The notes beneath the pieces are model-generated. The model was not told the origin of the DNA. It made no database searches and saw only the letters and a program-made list of their open reading frames with translations. Both the position numbers and the translations under genes were made by a program. DNA of 64,000 nt from a bacterium (GTDB lineage Bacteria > Armatimonadota > Chthonomonadetes > Chthonomonadales > CAJBBX01): positions 9,105 to 73,104 of the forward strand of contig JAJZOL010000206.1 of the NCBI GenBank assembly GCA_021811565.1. Direction: 5' to 3'. Positions 10,518 to 20,687 of this stretch are shown piece after piece; the stretch's first letter is position 1, and the number at the start of each line of letters is the position of its first letter.

Positions 10518-11453
10518 TCATTGATTTGACGCGTTTTGCAATGCGCGATCAGGGAACAAGATATTCTCAATTTGTTTTTTGATGCTTGGCGGGTCAGTAA
10601 TGATGTTGGAGCTATCCCATAATTTCTGCAGCACTTCCTGTGCGGGAACGGCGCGTTGTTTTTTAACCGCCAACGCCACTAGATCTTGCACATCCGCCAA
10701 TGTCACTTTCTTCCCTGGCTCGATATGGTCGAATTTAACCACGAGATAGGTCTGTCCATAAGGTATGATGGATATTTGATTTGGTTTCATGGCGGCGATT
10801 TGATTCACGATCTTTACGGGGGATGGCGCTCCGACGGGCTTCAGGAACGCCATGGTTCCATCCACTCCGACAACAACCGCATTTGGGGCGAGTTGACGCT
10901 GAATATCGGTTAGGGCGTCGCCTTGCGCGGTCTGCATCATCGCTTTGGCTTGATTTGCCACATTCATATTTGCGCATTGAATCGCCTTAATGAATATCTT
11001 GTCCGGCTTATCCCATTTACCAGGGTTTGCATTGAAGTAGGATTGCACTTCATCTTCCGTCACTGAGATATCCTTGGTTGCGAGATTATCCATCGCCATA
11101 TTATATTCCAACGCCTGTTTATCGTCCGTTTTCACCCAAGGATCCAAATAGAACTCCCTCGCGAGGGTAGGATTCACCTCGGCTGAAGTGGTTAGGATAT
11201 CACTCACCTGTTTTTCATCGGGAGGCACGCCGTCCTTTTTGGCTGCATCCATAACGAGATAGTATTTTGCCATGGTGACCAAGGTTTGCAAGCCGTAATG
11301 CCCTTCCAGCCAGTTGTGATAGTCTTTTTTGGTTATCATATGGCCATTAACCACCATCTGCATCCTTCTATTCTCGGAACGATAATAAAGGACGAAATTC
11401 ATAAATAGGGATAGTATTAGCAACACGTAGGCGAAAAATCTGACATATTTCAT
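10518..11453 (-). CDS. Membrane-anchored SurA/PrsA-like chaperone or PPIase (EpsD-family-like, degenerate parvulin domain)
   Basis: N-terminal TM helix, a SurA_N-like helical region, and a weak parvulin-like C-terminus (IIPYGQTYLVVKFDHIEPGK). AGGAGG precedes the ATG. Its position next to the exosortase matches known PEP-CTERM/EpsH loci. Confidence 0.5.
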   Translation of the reverse strand: MKYVRFFAYVLLILSLFMNFVLYYRSENRRMQMVVNGHMITKKDYHNWLEGHYGLQTLVTMAKYYLVMDAAKKDGVPPDEKQVSDILTTSAEVNPTLAREFYLDPWVKTDDKQALEYNMAMDNLATKDISVTEDEVQSYFNANPGKWDKPDKIFIKAIQCANMNVANQAKAMMQTAQGDALTDIQRQLAPNAVVVGVDGTMAFLKPVGAPSPVKIVNQIAAMKPNQISIIPYGQTYLVVKFDHIEPGKKVTLADVQDLVALAVKKQRAVPAQEVLQKLWDSSNIITDPPSIKKQIENILFPDRALQNASNQ

Positions 11454-11483
11454 GCAAGTTCCTCCTTTAACAATACGGTTGAT

Positions 11484-12572
11484 TTAGCTGATTGGAGTGT
11501 CAACGGTTTTCAATTTAATAGCGTTTAAGATGTTTTCAGCAATTCTGCTTGTCCAGTGATCCAAGGTCATGTTCGCCAGCAAATCGTTTCTGGCGTTGAC
11601 CCCCATTTTTTTCGCCAAGTCCGGTTGATTTATCAGTCGTTGAATGGCGGATCTTAATGCAATTGGATCCCCCGGCGGCACGGTGATTCCGTTTTCCCCA
11701 TCGCGTATTACATCCACCTGTCCGGTGGTTTTCGTCGCGATCACAGCTTTCCCCATGGCCATCGCTTCCAGGATGGTTGTAATTCCCGCTTGGAAATCGT
11801 TCTCATAAAGAGGTACAACTACGAATAGCGATGATGCGTAGAGATCACGTAGCTCGTTATAATCATATCTCCTTGCCGTAACGTTATTCGGCAGTATGCG
11901 TCCTTTAGTTTCATTCCGATGTTTGGACCATGGGCTAGCGGCTGCAAGGCACACCTCCACATTCATATCTTTCACGGCTTCGATTAGGGTGGGATAATCC
12001 CTCCATTCCAATCCGGCACTGCAAATACGGTTGCAAGTTGCACCATTTATGGGGCGATAAAAGCGATGATCGGCGTGAAAGGGTATCAGATGAACTTTGC
12101 CGTCAGGGAATCCCAATGCGGTGATGCAATACTTTTGCTGAACCGAGGAGTAGGTAAATATCGCATCCATTTTATTCTCAAGGAATTTTAAAAACAACCT
12201 CTTTTTCGGCGTGGATGGATGGTGTCCTATCAAAGCATGATATGGGCGTATTCGGCAAAACAAAAAAAGAAAGGCTAAGGGGATGCTTACATTTTCACCG
12301 TTCGAATAGATAGCCGAGTAGTTTTTTCTATGAAGAAACCCTATCATCGCCAGCGCCGCGTCCTTCCCTGCGAATGCGGTTAGGCGCACAGGAATGCTAT
12401 TGCTGTTATCTACCATCGCGTAATCCGCTATGTCGGCATCTAGCGCATGTTGCAAAGCGTAATAATCCATTACAGGATGTTTATCTTTTGCAACTTCATC
12501 CTGGATGTCGCGTTTTATATAACTAGGTATCAACATCAAGATCGACTTCAATTTGTGACCCCGTTCGCTCAA
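11484..12572 (-). CDS. Glycosyltransferase family 4 (GT-B)
   Basis: E-x7-E region YENDFQAGITTILEAMAMGKAVIAT...DGENG. TTG start at 12572, or ATG at 12536. Confidence 0.8.
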   Translation of the reverse strand: MSERGHKLKSILMLIPSYIKRDIQDEVAKDKHPVMDYYALQHALDADIADYAMVDNSNSIPVRLTAFAGKDAALAMIGFLHRKNYSAIYSNGENVSIPLAFLFLFCRIRPYHALIGHHPSTPKKRLFLKFLENKMDAIFTYSSVQQKYCITALGFPDGKVHLIPFHADHRFYRPINGATCNRICSAGLEWRDYPTLIEAVKDMNVEVCLAAASPWSKHRNETKGRILPNNVTARRYDYNELRDLYASSLFVVVPLYENDFQAGITTILEAMAMGKAVIATKTTGQVDVIRDGENGITVPPGDPIALRSAIQRLINQPDLAKKMGVNARNDLLANMTLDHWTSRIAENILNAIKLKTVDTPIS

Positions 12573-12587
12573 GTGGTTTATTCAGTG

Positions 12588-13676
12588 CTATTCAGCGATA
12601 TTCAACATACAGTCAACCAAACTTTGATAATTGTTTTGTGAGTTAAAGAGCTTCATGGCTCTCTCCTGCCCTTTCATTCCCATTTCGCGGATGGATTGCG
12701 GATTGTGTATGAAAAACGCAATGCTGTCGACCAGCGCCTTTTCGTTCCCCGCTGGGATTAAGTAACCGGTTACTCCATCAGCCACCTCCTCGGAGATCGC
12801 GCCGACGTTGGAAGCGATGACCGGCAAAGAAGCCGCCATTGCCTCCATTACTGCCAATGGCAGACAATCGCCGTTTGATGGGAATACGAATATGTCCGCC
12901 TTTTGAAATAAAGCGAGCATTTCAGGGGAATTCGCTTTGACGCCGTTGTGAACATGCACTCGATCCATTTCCATGCCATTCAAAGGGTCTTGAGTAACAA
13001 TATCCAGCATGCAATTATTTGGAAGTTTTTCAAAAGCTTTGAGTAAGAGATGCCCGCCTTTGCGTTGGAAATTTCCTCCCACGAATAGTAGATGCAATTT
13101 GGAAGATTCCCTTGTTTCCCGAGGAAGGTTCCAACGTTCCATATTCACCCCTGGAGGAATTACGGTAATTTTGTCCCCATCGATTCCATAATCGTTTATC
13201 AGTGAATTCTTCGCCCATTGGCACCATGTGATGATTCCCCTCGCAGCTTGATACGCCTCCTTATTCATTGAATCCTTCCACGCCTCCAACCAACGCAATT
13301 TGGACGGGGAGTGTTGATACGCCTCTCCCAGGGAGTCTATATTCTTAGGCGTTGCGTCCATGGATATTATCGTCGGGTGGCGTCGCATCCATCCAATCGA
13401 GAACAATGTGGTGACCTGGGTATGAAAGAAAACCGCATCCAAGTGCGGGGCGTTCCGTCTTGATTTCAACCAGTCCCTTGACCGAAGGCTCGCTTTGAGA
13501 GTCCAGTTATTCCGTATTACCGGCAGTCGATCGTAAATATCATTGTTATGAAAAAGAACTGGAAATCGTTCGTAGGTGAAGGAATTTTGGGTGGTGAGTG
13601 TGGCTTGAAGGTTCAAATCATGCGTGATATGCCCCAAAGTCTGTTCCATGATAAAGCCTATATGCGGATAACTCAT
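12588..13676 (-). CDS. Glycosyltransferase family 4 (GT-B)
   Basis: SNGDCLPLAVMEAMAASLPVIASNVGAISEEVADGVTG. The ATG overlaps the upstream stop by 4 nt. Confidence 0.8.
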   Translation of the reverse strand: MSYPHIGFIMEQTLGHITHDLNLQATLTTQNSFTYERFPVLFHNNDIYDRLPVIRNNWTLKASLRSRDWLKSRRNAPHLDAVFFHTQVTTLFSIGWMRRHPTIISMDATPKNIDSLGEAYQHSPSKLRWLEAWKDSMNKEAYQAARGIITWCQWAKNSLINDYGIDGDKITVIPPGVNMERWNLPRETRESSKLHLLFVGGNFQRKGGHLLLKAFEKLPNNCMLDIVTQDPLNGMEMDRVHVHNGVKANSPEMLALFQKADIFVFPSNGDCLPLAVMEAMAASLPVIASNVGAISEEVADGVTGYLIPAGNEKALVDSIAFFIHNPQSIREMGMKGQERAMKLFNSQNNYQSLVDCMLNIAE

Positions 13677-14677
13677 TGAACGATATTCCCTGTATTATTT
13701 TTCCTTGAAACAGATAATTCGTTCCACATTTTTTTCGAACCGCCGATTTCTTGCGCCATTCCCTGAAGATAACGGAGGTTAAACAAGATACTGCATACGC
13801 CAAGGGAGATATTCCGCAGACCAATATGATCCCAAAGGAGTATATTATATTTCAGGAACCGAAAAAGACCTTTTTCGGCGGGAGGGAAACCAATGCATGA
13901 TCTCGCCAAAAATTTAGTAAGTGCATTCCGTTGGTTGTAATGTTTCCGGGCAAGGTCCATGGAGGTGTTCTCGCCCTTATCGCGAGCCATTTGAACATCT
14001 CTAATTCCATACAGATAAGGGCTTTGTAACCAGGAATCAAAGCTGCGGACAGGACGGTGATAGCCGATCGCTTCAGGACAAAATGCAAAGCGAAGTCCGA
14101 GTTGTTCCAAACGGAAACCGAGTTCCACGTCTTCCTGACGTTTGAATTTCGGATCGAACCCGCCGGATTCCAGCATGTATTTTTTCCTTACGGAGAAATT
14201 GCCGCTGTAAAGGTTATTCGGTCCAACCCCCCAAACCCCGGCGCGGAAATTGGCGTATTGACGTTCAAGCATTCGATGTTCCCAGTCAATCCATACGCTG
14301 AACTTTTCATTGTCGGGAGGGGATTGGGGACCAATCAGAACCAAACGGTCGTCACGCTCGTGATACGCAAGGTGGGATTGCAGGAACGAGGTACAGGGTT
14401 CGATATCATCATCCACAAAAACGAGTAAATCGTTCGGGGCGTGTGTTACACCACAGTTTCTTGCAACGGATGGACCACTATTCTTCTGTTTGAGATATAT
14501 GATTTCGGAATTGGAAATTCGTGTCGAAACCATCTCGTCAGTTCCGTCATTAGAGCCGTCGGATACAATAACGATATCATAGCGATCCTTGGAAAGCGTT
14601 TGCGCACTAAGGGCATCCAAGGTGCGCTCCAAGCTTTGACATCGATTGAATGTAGGTATGATGACGGATAGGTTCAT
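13673..14677 (-). CDS. Glycosyltransferase family 2
   Basis: LSVIIPTFNR..., VSDGSNDGT, VFVDDD (DxD). It overlaps both neighbours by 4 nt. Confidence 0.8.
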   Translation of the reverse strand: MNLSVIIPTFNRCQSLERTLDALSAQTLSKDRYDIVIVSDGSNDGTDEMVSTRISNSEIIYLKQKNSGPSVARNCGVTHAPNDLLVFVDDDIEPCTSFLQSHLAYHERDDRLVLIGPQSPPDNEKFSVWIDWEHRMLERQYANFRAGVWGVGPNNLYSGNFSVRKKYMLESGGFDPKFKRQEDVELGFRLEQLGLRFAFCPEAIGYHRPVRSFDSWLQSPYLYGIRDVQMARDKGENTSMDLARKHYNQRNALTKFLARSCIGFPPAEKGLFRFLKYNILLWDHIGLRNISLGVCSILFNLRYLQGMAQEIGGSKKMWNELSVSRKNNTGNIVQ

Positions 14678-15606
14678 GATGGTGCGTTCTTATCCAAGTA
14701 TAGACGCTCAATTTTATTTATTGGAAACGAAAAACCTAATTTAATTCCATGCAAGACTCCGCGTAAATATAACAACTCATCATGTCGTGTTTTTTTATAG
14801 CATCGAATAAGATATCTGCGAAACATTAAAGAGCAATTTTTGATAATTCTTCGTATAATGCGAGAATCTCCACATCGTAAATGTTTAATTGCAAATCCGG
14901 CGTCACCGCATCCATAGGAGTAATATAATGCGCCCCACTCCTCGGGGGTCCGTCCGCCGAAATGCATAAGTTTAATATTCGGGTTATGCATGACTATCGC
15001 GTTGTTTAATTGTGCGCGATAAATGAAATCGCCTTCTTCAGAGGCTGGCATGGGAGCTCCAGGGCCGAGCAAGGGATCGTAAAACATGACTTTTAATAAA
15101 AGACTTGAACGCATAGCCATGTTGGCACCCATCCCATCCACGTTGCCTTTTGGAAGTCTTAGGAAATTCTTAAATTGAAAACCTGGAATGCAGATTTTAT
15201 GGGAACCATCCTCCTGCATAATAGGTTGGACTTGACCTAACATAATATCCACATCCGAATATTTATCAAATTCGGATGCGATATTTGATAGCCAGTTTTT
15301 GGGTACAAGTGTGTCGTCATCAGTTAAGGCAAATAGGTCTCCGGAAGCGACATGTAATAGCGTATTTAGAGCATTACTTTTTCCTTTAATATCAGAGTGA
15401 ATATACTTATAATGTGCATTTATAGATTCAATATATGATTGAATCTGTATTGATGATGCTTCATCATCGCTTTGGTCTAAAATGATGGTTTCATAATTGG
15501 AATAATCTATTTCGGATATACTTTGTATACATTTAAATAGATCATTAGTTCTATTTCGGGTTGCAATAAGAATTGAAATACGTGTAGTATTATTTGTCGT
15601 CATCAT
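14674..15606 (-). CDS. Glycosyltransferase family 2
   Basis: ISILIATRNR, ILDQSDD, LTDDDT motifs. The gene is AT-rich. Confidence 0.75.
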   Translation of the reverse strand: MMTTNNTTRISILIATRNRTNDLFKCIQSISEIDYSNYETIILDQSDDEASSIQIQSYIESINAHYKYIHSDIKGKSNALNTLLHVASGDLFALTDDDTLVPKNWLSNIASEFDKYSDVDIMLGQVQPIMQEDGSHKICIPGFQFKNFLRLPKGNVDGMGANMAMRSSLLLKVMFYDPLLGPGAPMPASEEGDFIYRAQLNNAIVMHNPNIKLMHFGGRTPEEWGALYYSYGCGDAGFAIKHLRCGDSRIIRRIIKNCSLMFRRYLIRCYKKTRHDELLYLRGVLHGIKLGFSFPINKIERLYLDKNAPS

Positions 15607-15643
15607 ATATTGTATAAATTAAAAAATTATTTGTATATAATTG

Positions 15644-17221
15644 TTATCTATTTTCTTTGCTTGCATTTAATTTAACTTTATCGCTGTTGAATGATGATTG
15701 GTTGTTGGAAATATATGGTAGGGCAGATAATATCCCGAGTTGAATAGATAAGATAAACATTTGACGAGGATTAGTAATTTGTAAATCATATTTTCCATAT
15801 ATATATATCATTAAAATATCTAGTATCGCCAAAATCCCAATAGTTTTCAAATATGGGTCAGAAACACTCGACAATAATTGCGGACCTCTTATAAGTACAA
15901 AAACAATGATCATAAGGAATGCTAAAAAGCCGAAATTCCCAAGTCTCATCCATACCCATAAAACTCCATTGTGTGGCAGATAATCCAAGAAGGATGTGGT
16001 CAATCTAACAAGGGGCACAACCTCAATAAACTCTTTTCCGTAACCATAGCCAAGCCACGGGTTCGTGTCTCGCGTGAACCTAAGATCCGCGCTTTCCGCC
16101 ATGCGATAAAAGTCTGAACTTTCGTCTCTCGCATTTGGATCGCTTTGTGAACGTATGGCGCGTGCAGGCAGAGCCCATGCGCCTTTGGCATTCCACGCAA
16201 CTGGAAGATATACAGCCGAAAGCACGGAGAAGACTATTAGGAAGATGCCTATTTGCTTGCGACTATCCTTGAAATTAACCCATAGTAGGGGGAGTAACGG
16301 TATAAACGCGATGATGAATGCCGCAATACTGGCGCGTCTTTGGTTTCCGATAATTGAAATGATTGCAAATGGAAGAAAGAAAATCGCCCAAGCGCGCATC
16401 TTCTTGTCCACGTTGATCATCATAACAATAAATGACAACAGGACAAGCCTTACAAAGAATAGAGTGTCATCGTGCGCAAGCAAAGATTGATCGCTAGCGG
16501 CGGTGCCAACAACAAAATATGTAATGGTTCCGAACACAGATAATATGCCGGATCCAATAAGAAGCGACCAAAGGACCGCTTTGACATGCTTCACTTCAGT
16601 GATCAGGTTTGCGCCCAAAATGGTTGCCAAAAGAAGATAGGTTTGAGCTCGTACTTCATACAAAGCCATCACTCTATCTCCGCCCGTCGTCAAACCATGG
16701 ACATACCCCCATAATACAAAGGATAGGTATATAAGTATCGGCCAAATAAAGGCCCCGGGACGAAATTTGAACGTTCGGTCGGATATCGACCTTATAAGCC
16801 ATGCGAGTGTGGTCAGGATCATAACGATTTCAGCAGGGGAAAAAGACAACGGCTTCAGTGCGTTAGTTCCATGCATTTGTCCGATTGTACTAAAATTTAT
16901 CCAAAGCTTGATTACACTCGTGGGCACTGTGGAAAGAGTGGTTGTTGCAGGTTCCGCAAAGATGATTGCAGAAACGATTAAGAAATATATTCCAAACCGT
17001 GGGAAATTCCAAATTATTACCGGGATCGTTATAATGGCAAATACTGCCAATGCAAATGCAAACACCCCGGAAACGGTAATATGAGGATCCATAAAAAATA
17101 GTAATGCGGATGTACCGAGAATCACTATAAGTGATGCAATCATGCAAAATAATAAAAGATTGCTTCGTACTCGTTTAGCTTTTATATATTCAGTTGTGGA
17201 TAATAGATTTGAATCGAGCAT
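15644..17221 (-). CDS. O-antigen polymerase/ligase-like (Wzy_C-type) polytopic membrane protein
   Basis: 525 aa with about 12 TM helices and one larger loop (RAIRSQSDPNARDESSDFYR). AT-rich, as is typical of wzy genes. Confidence 0.55.
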   Translation of the reverse strand: MLDSNLLSTTEYIKAKRVRSNLLLFCMIASLIVILGTSALLFFMDPHITVSGVFAFALAVFAIITIPVIIWNFPRFGIYFLIVSAIIFAEPATTTLSTVPTSVIKLWINFSTIGQMHGTNALKPLSFSPAEIVMILTTLAWLIRSISDRTFKFRPGAFIWPILIYLSFVLWGYVHGLTTGGDRVMALYEVRAQTYLLLATILGANLITEVKHVKAVLWSLLIGSGILSVFGTITYFVVGTAASDQSLLAHDDTLFFVRLVLLSFIVMMINVDKKMRAWAIFFLPFAIISIIGNQRRASIAAFIIAFIPLLPLLWVNFKDSRKQIGIFLIVFSVLSAVYLPVAWNAKGAWALPARAIRSQSDPNARDESSDFYRMAESADLRFTRDTNPWLGYGYGKEFIEVVPLVRLTTSFLDYLPHNGVLWVWMRLGNFGFLAFLMIIVFVLIRGPQLLSSVSDPYLKTIGILAILDILMIYIYGKYDLQITNPRQMFILSIQLGILSALPYISNNQSSFNSDKVKLNASKENR

Positions 17222-17350
17222 TGAACTAATACCTAAATCACTAATTTATATAGTGTCAATCCATAAATGATACAGAACATAACACTTAACTTAACACGCT
17301 TTCACATGAAGATTGCGTGCTTGGTTCAGCATCCATCAAATCTCATCATT

Positions 17351-19507
17351 TCATTTGCTCATTCGTACAAGCATCATGGAATATGCGGGTACGATAATAT
17401 TCAGCGTGTTTCCGGAGAAACTCATATCGCCAACAGATATGATATGCGTGGTATCGGACCGACCGTATAACCAAATGCGAGCGTGCTTCAACTGCGTTTT
17501 ATTTATCACCTTCAACGAAACGTCTTCATTTCGATCCGGATTCTGATTGATCAGCATTGTGATGATTGCACCGGTAGATGCATCCTCCGAGGCGAATGAG
17601 CTAACATCTTTTGGCTGGGAGGAGACACAATCAACGGATACATCGCCAAAACCATCTCCTTTGTCATTAGCATTGCGATACATCTTGAAGGCATAATAAC
17701 CTGGTGAATCCTTGGCTGGAACGGTCCAGTAATCCGCCAAATATAGATTCTCTTTGCCAAAAACACCAAGACAATCCGCTATCGCCAACGCTCCGTTCAT
17801 CGTTTTATCCGCGCCCCAATTCCATTCCGTCAGCCCAAGTTTTGTTCCGGGATAGTATTTGGCAATCCAGCGTTGCATTCTAGGGATAAGCATTACGGGC
17901 TCGTTTATCCAGGATTCATCCACATAAGAAGGATCCCACAATGCCCGAACGCTTCTTATTCGCAGTGCGTCGGTCGTAGGATCGGTTTTTCCTTGATAAA
18001 CACCGTTCGCCTGAGGATAAAAATGGATGTCGAGGACATCCAGCGATCTTTTTCCCGTCTTCATGTCATGCTTGCGAACCGCCTGTAAAAACCATGGGAT
18101 CAATGGCATATCTCCATGCGCCTTGCGATCAGGCCGAGCAACCCAGTTATCTCTATCCTTAGCGGAATAGAAATATCCCGTCCATCCCCATGAAACCGGA
18201 CCTGTCACCATGCAAGAAGGGTCAACATCCTTTATTGCAGTGGCGTAAGCGAGAAAATTGGATAGCAGATCGTCATATCCCACTCTTACCGGGTGGATGT
18301 CCGTATGAGTGACATCCCAGAGATCGGGTTCATTATCCATTTCATAAAATTTCACTCCGCCATGCAAGGCGCTTCCAAAAGTATGAACCAAATGGTCCAC
18401 CCATTCATCCTGATATACTGCATTATCGGATAAATCCGGTGGAAACTGAAATGGACCGTTTTTGCGTGGGTAAGAACGCACATATACTTTCATTCGATTA
18501 TATGAAGGATCATACCCTTTAATCGCATCGCTTCCTGGGCTGGTTGGCAACCCGCCCTGAGCGGGCACATTGATTGAGCGGGTATTGTTATCGTCATTCC
18601 GAGCCACGTATCCAATGGTGGGAATGGTTAGTACGGTTGCCACTCCCCAAGCCTTATTCGTTGAGATAAATTCATCGGCAACACCCGATGGTCGTCTGTC
18701 TGCTGGAGAATTATGACCGTAATTTCCATTGCGAAATCCCCAATCTCTTCCGGCGTTCCAACAATTACCCTTTGCCCAGTTGTAAGTGCTCGATGGGTTG
18801 CCGCCCCATCTATTGGAACCAAGCTTCAAATCTTGTAAATAATTCGCTGGTGCGCTTGCCATCCCGTAAATATAAGGGCTGATCGTATGCCGATCCTCCG
18901 ATGTATTAATAACAACTGTACATCCTTTTGAAACCGGGGCCCCCGGGCCAACAAACCGAATTTCAGCAAAGTATACGGGATATTGTTTCGCAGCAGTATT
19001 CGCCTGAAAAACCACACCGGAAATTGCCTGACGATATCCATGTAAGGATGTCAATGGAATTACTACGTAATTCCATTTGCCTGCACGCACAAAACCATCC
19101 GTAACATACTTGGAAAGGTTCACATTCGGAAGAAACTTTTTACGTACATCCACGAGATTTACTGTGATCTTTTGTCCGCCTGAAAGCCCTCCATTAATCC
19201 AAAATGCCAGTGCGTTGCATCCATTGGTTAAAAATGGTGCATGATATAGGAAAACGCCTTTCCATGCGGATAAGTCGGCTCTGAAAGTAGGGAAATTTTG
19301 AAATTCTCTGTCTGTTGATGATGTGATATGGGTTGCCCAGGACCAATCCTGCCATCCGGAGATCAGTTTCCCTTGAGTGTATACATTGATATTATATCCA
19401 GCACTGGATACCGCGCCGGATAATAAGGAATTATAAGCAATCATCCCTCCGATTATAAATATCGAGAGAAGGAAGACATAAGCAATTGGTTTGCGTAGTT
19501 TCGTCAT
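17351..19507 (-). CDS. Membrane-anchored glycoside hydrolase family 44-like protein with an N-terminal beta-sandwich (CBM-like) region
   Basis: N-terminal TM anchor. GH44-like signature NRWGGNPSSTYNW, a YEMDNEPDLW acid/base block, and TEWNWG. Confidence 0.55.
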   Translation of the reverse strand: MTKLRKPIAYVFLLSIFIIGGMIAYNSLLSGAVSSAGYNINVYTQGKLISGWQDWSWATHITSSTDREFQNFPTFRADLSAWKGVFLYHAPFLTNGCNALAFWINGGLSGGQKITVNLVDVRKKFLPNVNLSKYVTDGFVRAGKWNYVVIPLTSLHGYRQAISGVVFQANTAAKQYPVYFAEIRFVGPGAPVSKGCTVVINTSEDRHTISPYIYGMASAPANYLQDLKLGSNRWGGNPSSTYNWAKGNCWNAGRDWGFRNGNYGHNSPADRRPSGVADEFISTNKAWGVATVLTIPTIGYVARNDDNNTRSINVPAQGGLPTSPGSDAIKGYDPSYNRMKVYVRSYPRKNGPFQFPPDLSDNAVYQDEWVDHLVHTFGSALHGGVKFYEMDNEPDLWDVTHTDIHPVRVGYDDLLSNFLAYATAIKDVDPSCMVTGPVSWGWTGYFYSAKDRDNWVARPDRKAHGDMPLIPWFLQAVRKHDMKTGKRSLDVLDIHFYPQANGVYQGKTDPTTDALRIRSVRALWDPSYVDESWINEPVMLIPRMQRWIAKYYPGTKLGLTEWNWGADKTMNGALAIADCLGVFGKENLYLADYWTVPAKDSPGYYAFKMYRNANDKGDGFGDVSVDCVSSQPKDVSSFASEDASTGAIITMLINQNPDRNEDVSLKVINKTQLKHARIWLYGRSDTTHIISVGDMSFSGNTLNIIVPAYSMMLVRMSK

Positions 19508-19516
19508 TTTGATCTA

Positions 19517-20119
19517 TTACATGAAATCTCTTGCATCCGGGCATTTTTCAAGACTTCTAATGATCCTGGCGGGAATTCCCCCCACCAATGTGTTTGGCGC
19601 TACATCCTTGGTGACCACCGATCCCGCCGCCACAACGCTTCCTTTTCCAATTGTGACACCCGGTAAAATGGTTGCGCGGGCGCCTATCCAAGAACCATCC
19701 TCGACGACAATTTGTCGGCAGAGTGATATGCCGCATCTTCTTCCCGTGGAGTTATATGCATGATCGGTGGTGATCATGATAGTGTGATGTCCTATCGCCA
19801 CGTGATTACCTATGATTATGTCTGCATTCACATCCAGATAAAGAGGGCATGTAATAAGGCAATTCTCGCCAATTTTGAGTTTTTTATTGAGGCGTCCATC
19901 CCAGTTAATATCCATGGAGCCTAGAATAAGGGTTCCCTTTCCGATCGGTATTCCATACATTCGATAAAACGCGGTCCTAAGGCGATTAAAGCAAAAATGA
20001 GGCATAAAGAATAGAATCAGGTTTAATATTCGTAGAGAAAGATGCAGTTGGGAAATCTCGCCTTTGAATTCCTGGAAAAGTTTATACCTATATTTCAACA
20101 TATGGATGCCAATCGTCAA
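19517..20119 (-). CDS. Hexapeptide-repeat (left-handed beta-helix) O-acetyltransferase
   Basis: IGNHVAIGHHTIM...VEDGSWIGARATILPGVTIGKGSVVAAGSVVTKDV. TTG start at 20119, or ATG at 20101. Confidence 0.8.
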   Translation of the reverse strand: MTIGIHMLKYRYKLFQEFKGEISQLHLSLRILNLILFFMPHFCFNRLRTAFYRMYGIPIGKGTLILGSMDINWDGRLNKKLKIGENCLITCPLYLDVNADIIIGNHVAIGHHTIMITTDHAYNSTGRRCGISLCRQIVVEDGSWIGARATILPGVTIGKGSVVAAGSVVTKDVAPNTLVGGIPARIIRSLEKCPDARDFM

Positions 20120-20156
20120 ATTAGTTCCGAAAACATTGAATTGAAATTATCCATTG

Positions 20157-20242
20157 AGGTAATTGCAAAATTCAGAAAATGAGGCTATTATCGCTCATTT
20201 CACGCTCGGCTAAATACCTGCAAACGAATTTTGCAATTACCT
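20157..20242. repeat. Copy A of an ~85-bp intergenic element with GGTAATTGCAAAAT terminal inverted repeats
   Basis: AGGTAATTGCAAAATTC...GAATTTTGCAATTACCT, with an inner hairpin AATGAG-GCTATTATCG-CTCATT. It aligns nearly full length to the reverse complement of 44296-44382. Confidence 0.8.
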
Positions 20243-20285
20243 GCATTGACAATGATCAAGCAAGGAAAACAACACTGACCGGCTT

Positions 20286-20546
20286 TCATATATGTTTTAT
20301 CACCTCGGATCGTTTCTGACGATTCAGAAGGGGATCTTTTTCGTTCAATTTGTTAAAGAATATCCATGCAAACAGGCAAAGGAAACAAAAAACTGCCATC
20401 GCTTCGGTGAGCCCGTTCTTTTTCCAGTTGACCATGATCCAAGAGAACACTGCAAGTATCGTGAAAAACCAACCGCTTGCAGTCATTTTCTTCACAATGA
20501 TTCCCATGAAGATGAAAAAGAAAAAGATTTGAAGTTCGTATTTCAT
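20286..20546 (-). CDS. Small hypothetical membrane protein (2-3 TM)
   Basis: The 86-aa ORF is on the same strand as the operon and has clear hydrophobic segments. The overlapping plus-strand ORF looks non-protein-like. Confidence 0.35.
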   Translation of the reverse strand: MKYELQIFFFFIFMGIIVKKMTASGWFFTILAVFSWIMVNWKKNGLTEAMAVFCFLCLFAWIFFNKLNEKDPLLNRQKRSEVIKHI

Positions 20547-20687
20547 GGATATTAAACACTCCGAAGGCTTGTAACTAAAATATATGCATCGTTATAAGAC
20601 AGAAGGTCTTTTCAATTGGAAAAGAAACAGGTTATCAAATCTCATATTACACAATACCGATGCTGCATATTCATATGTCCTTAAAAA

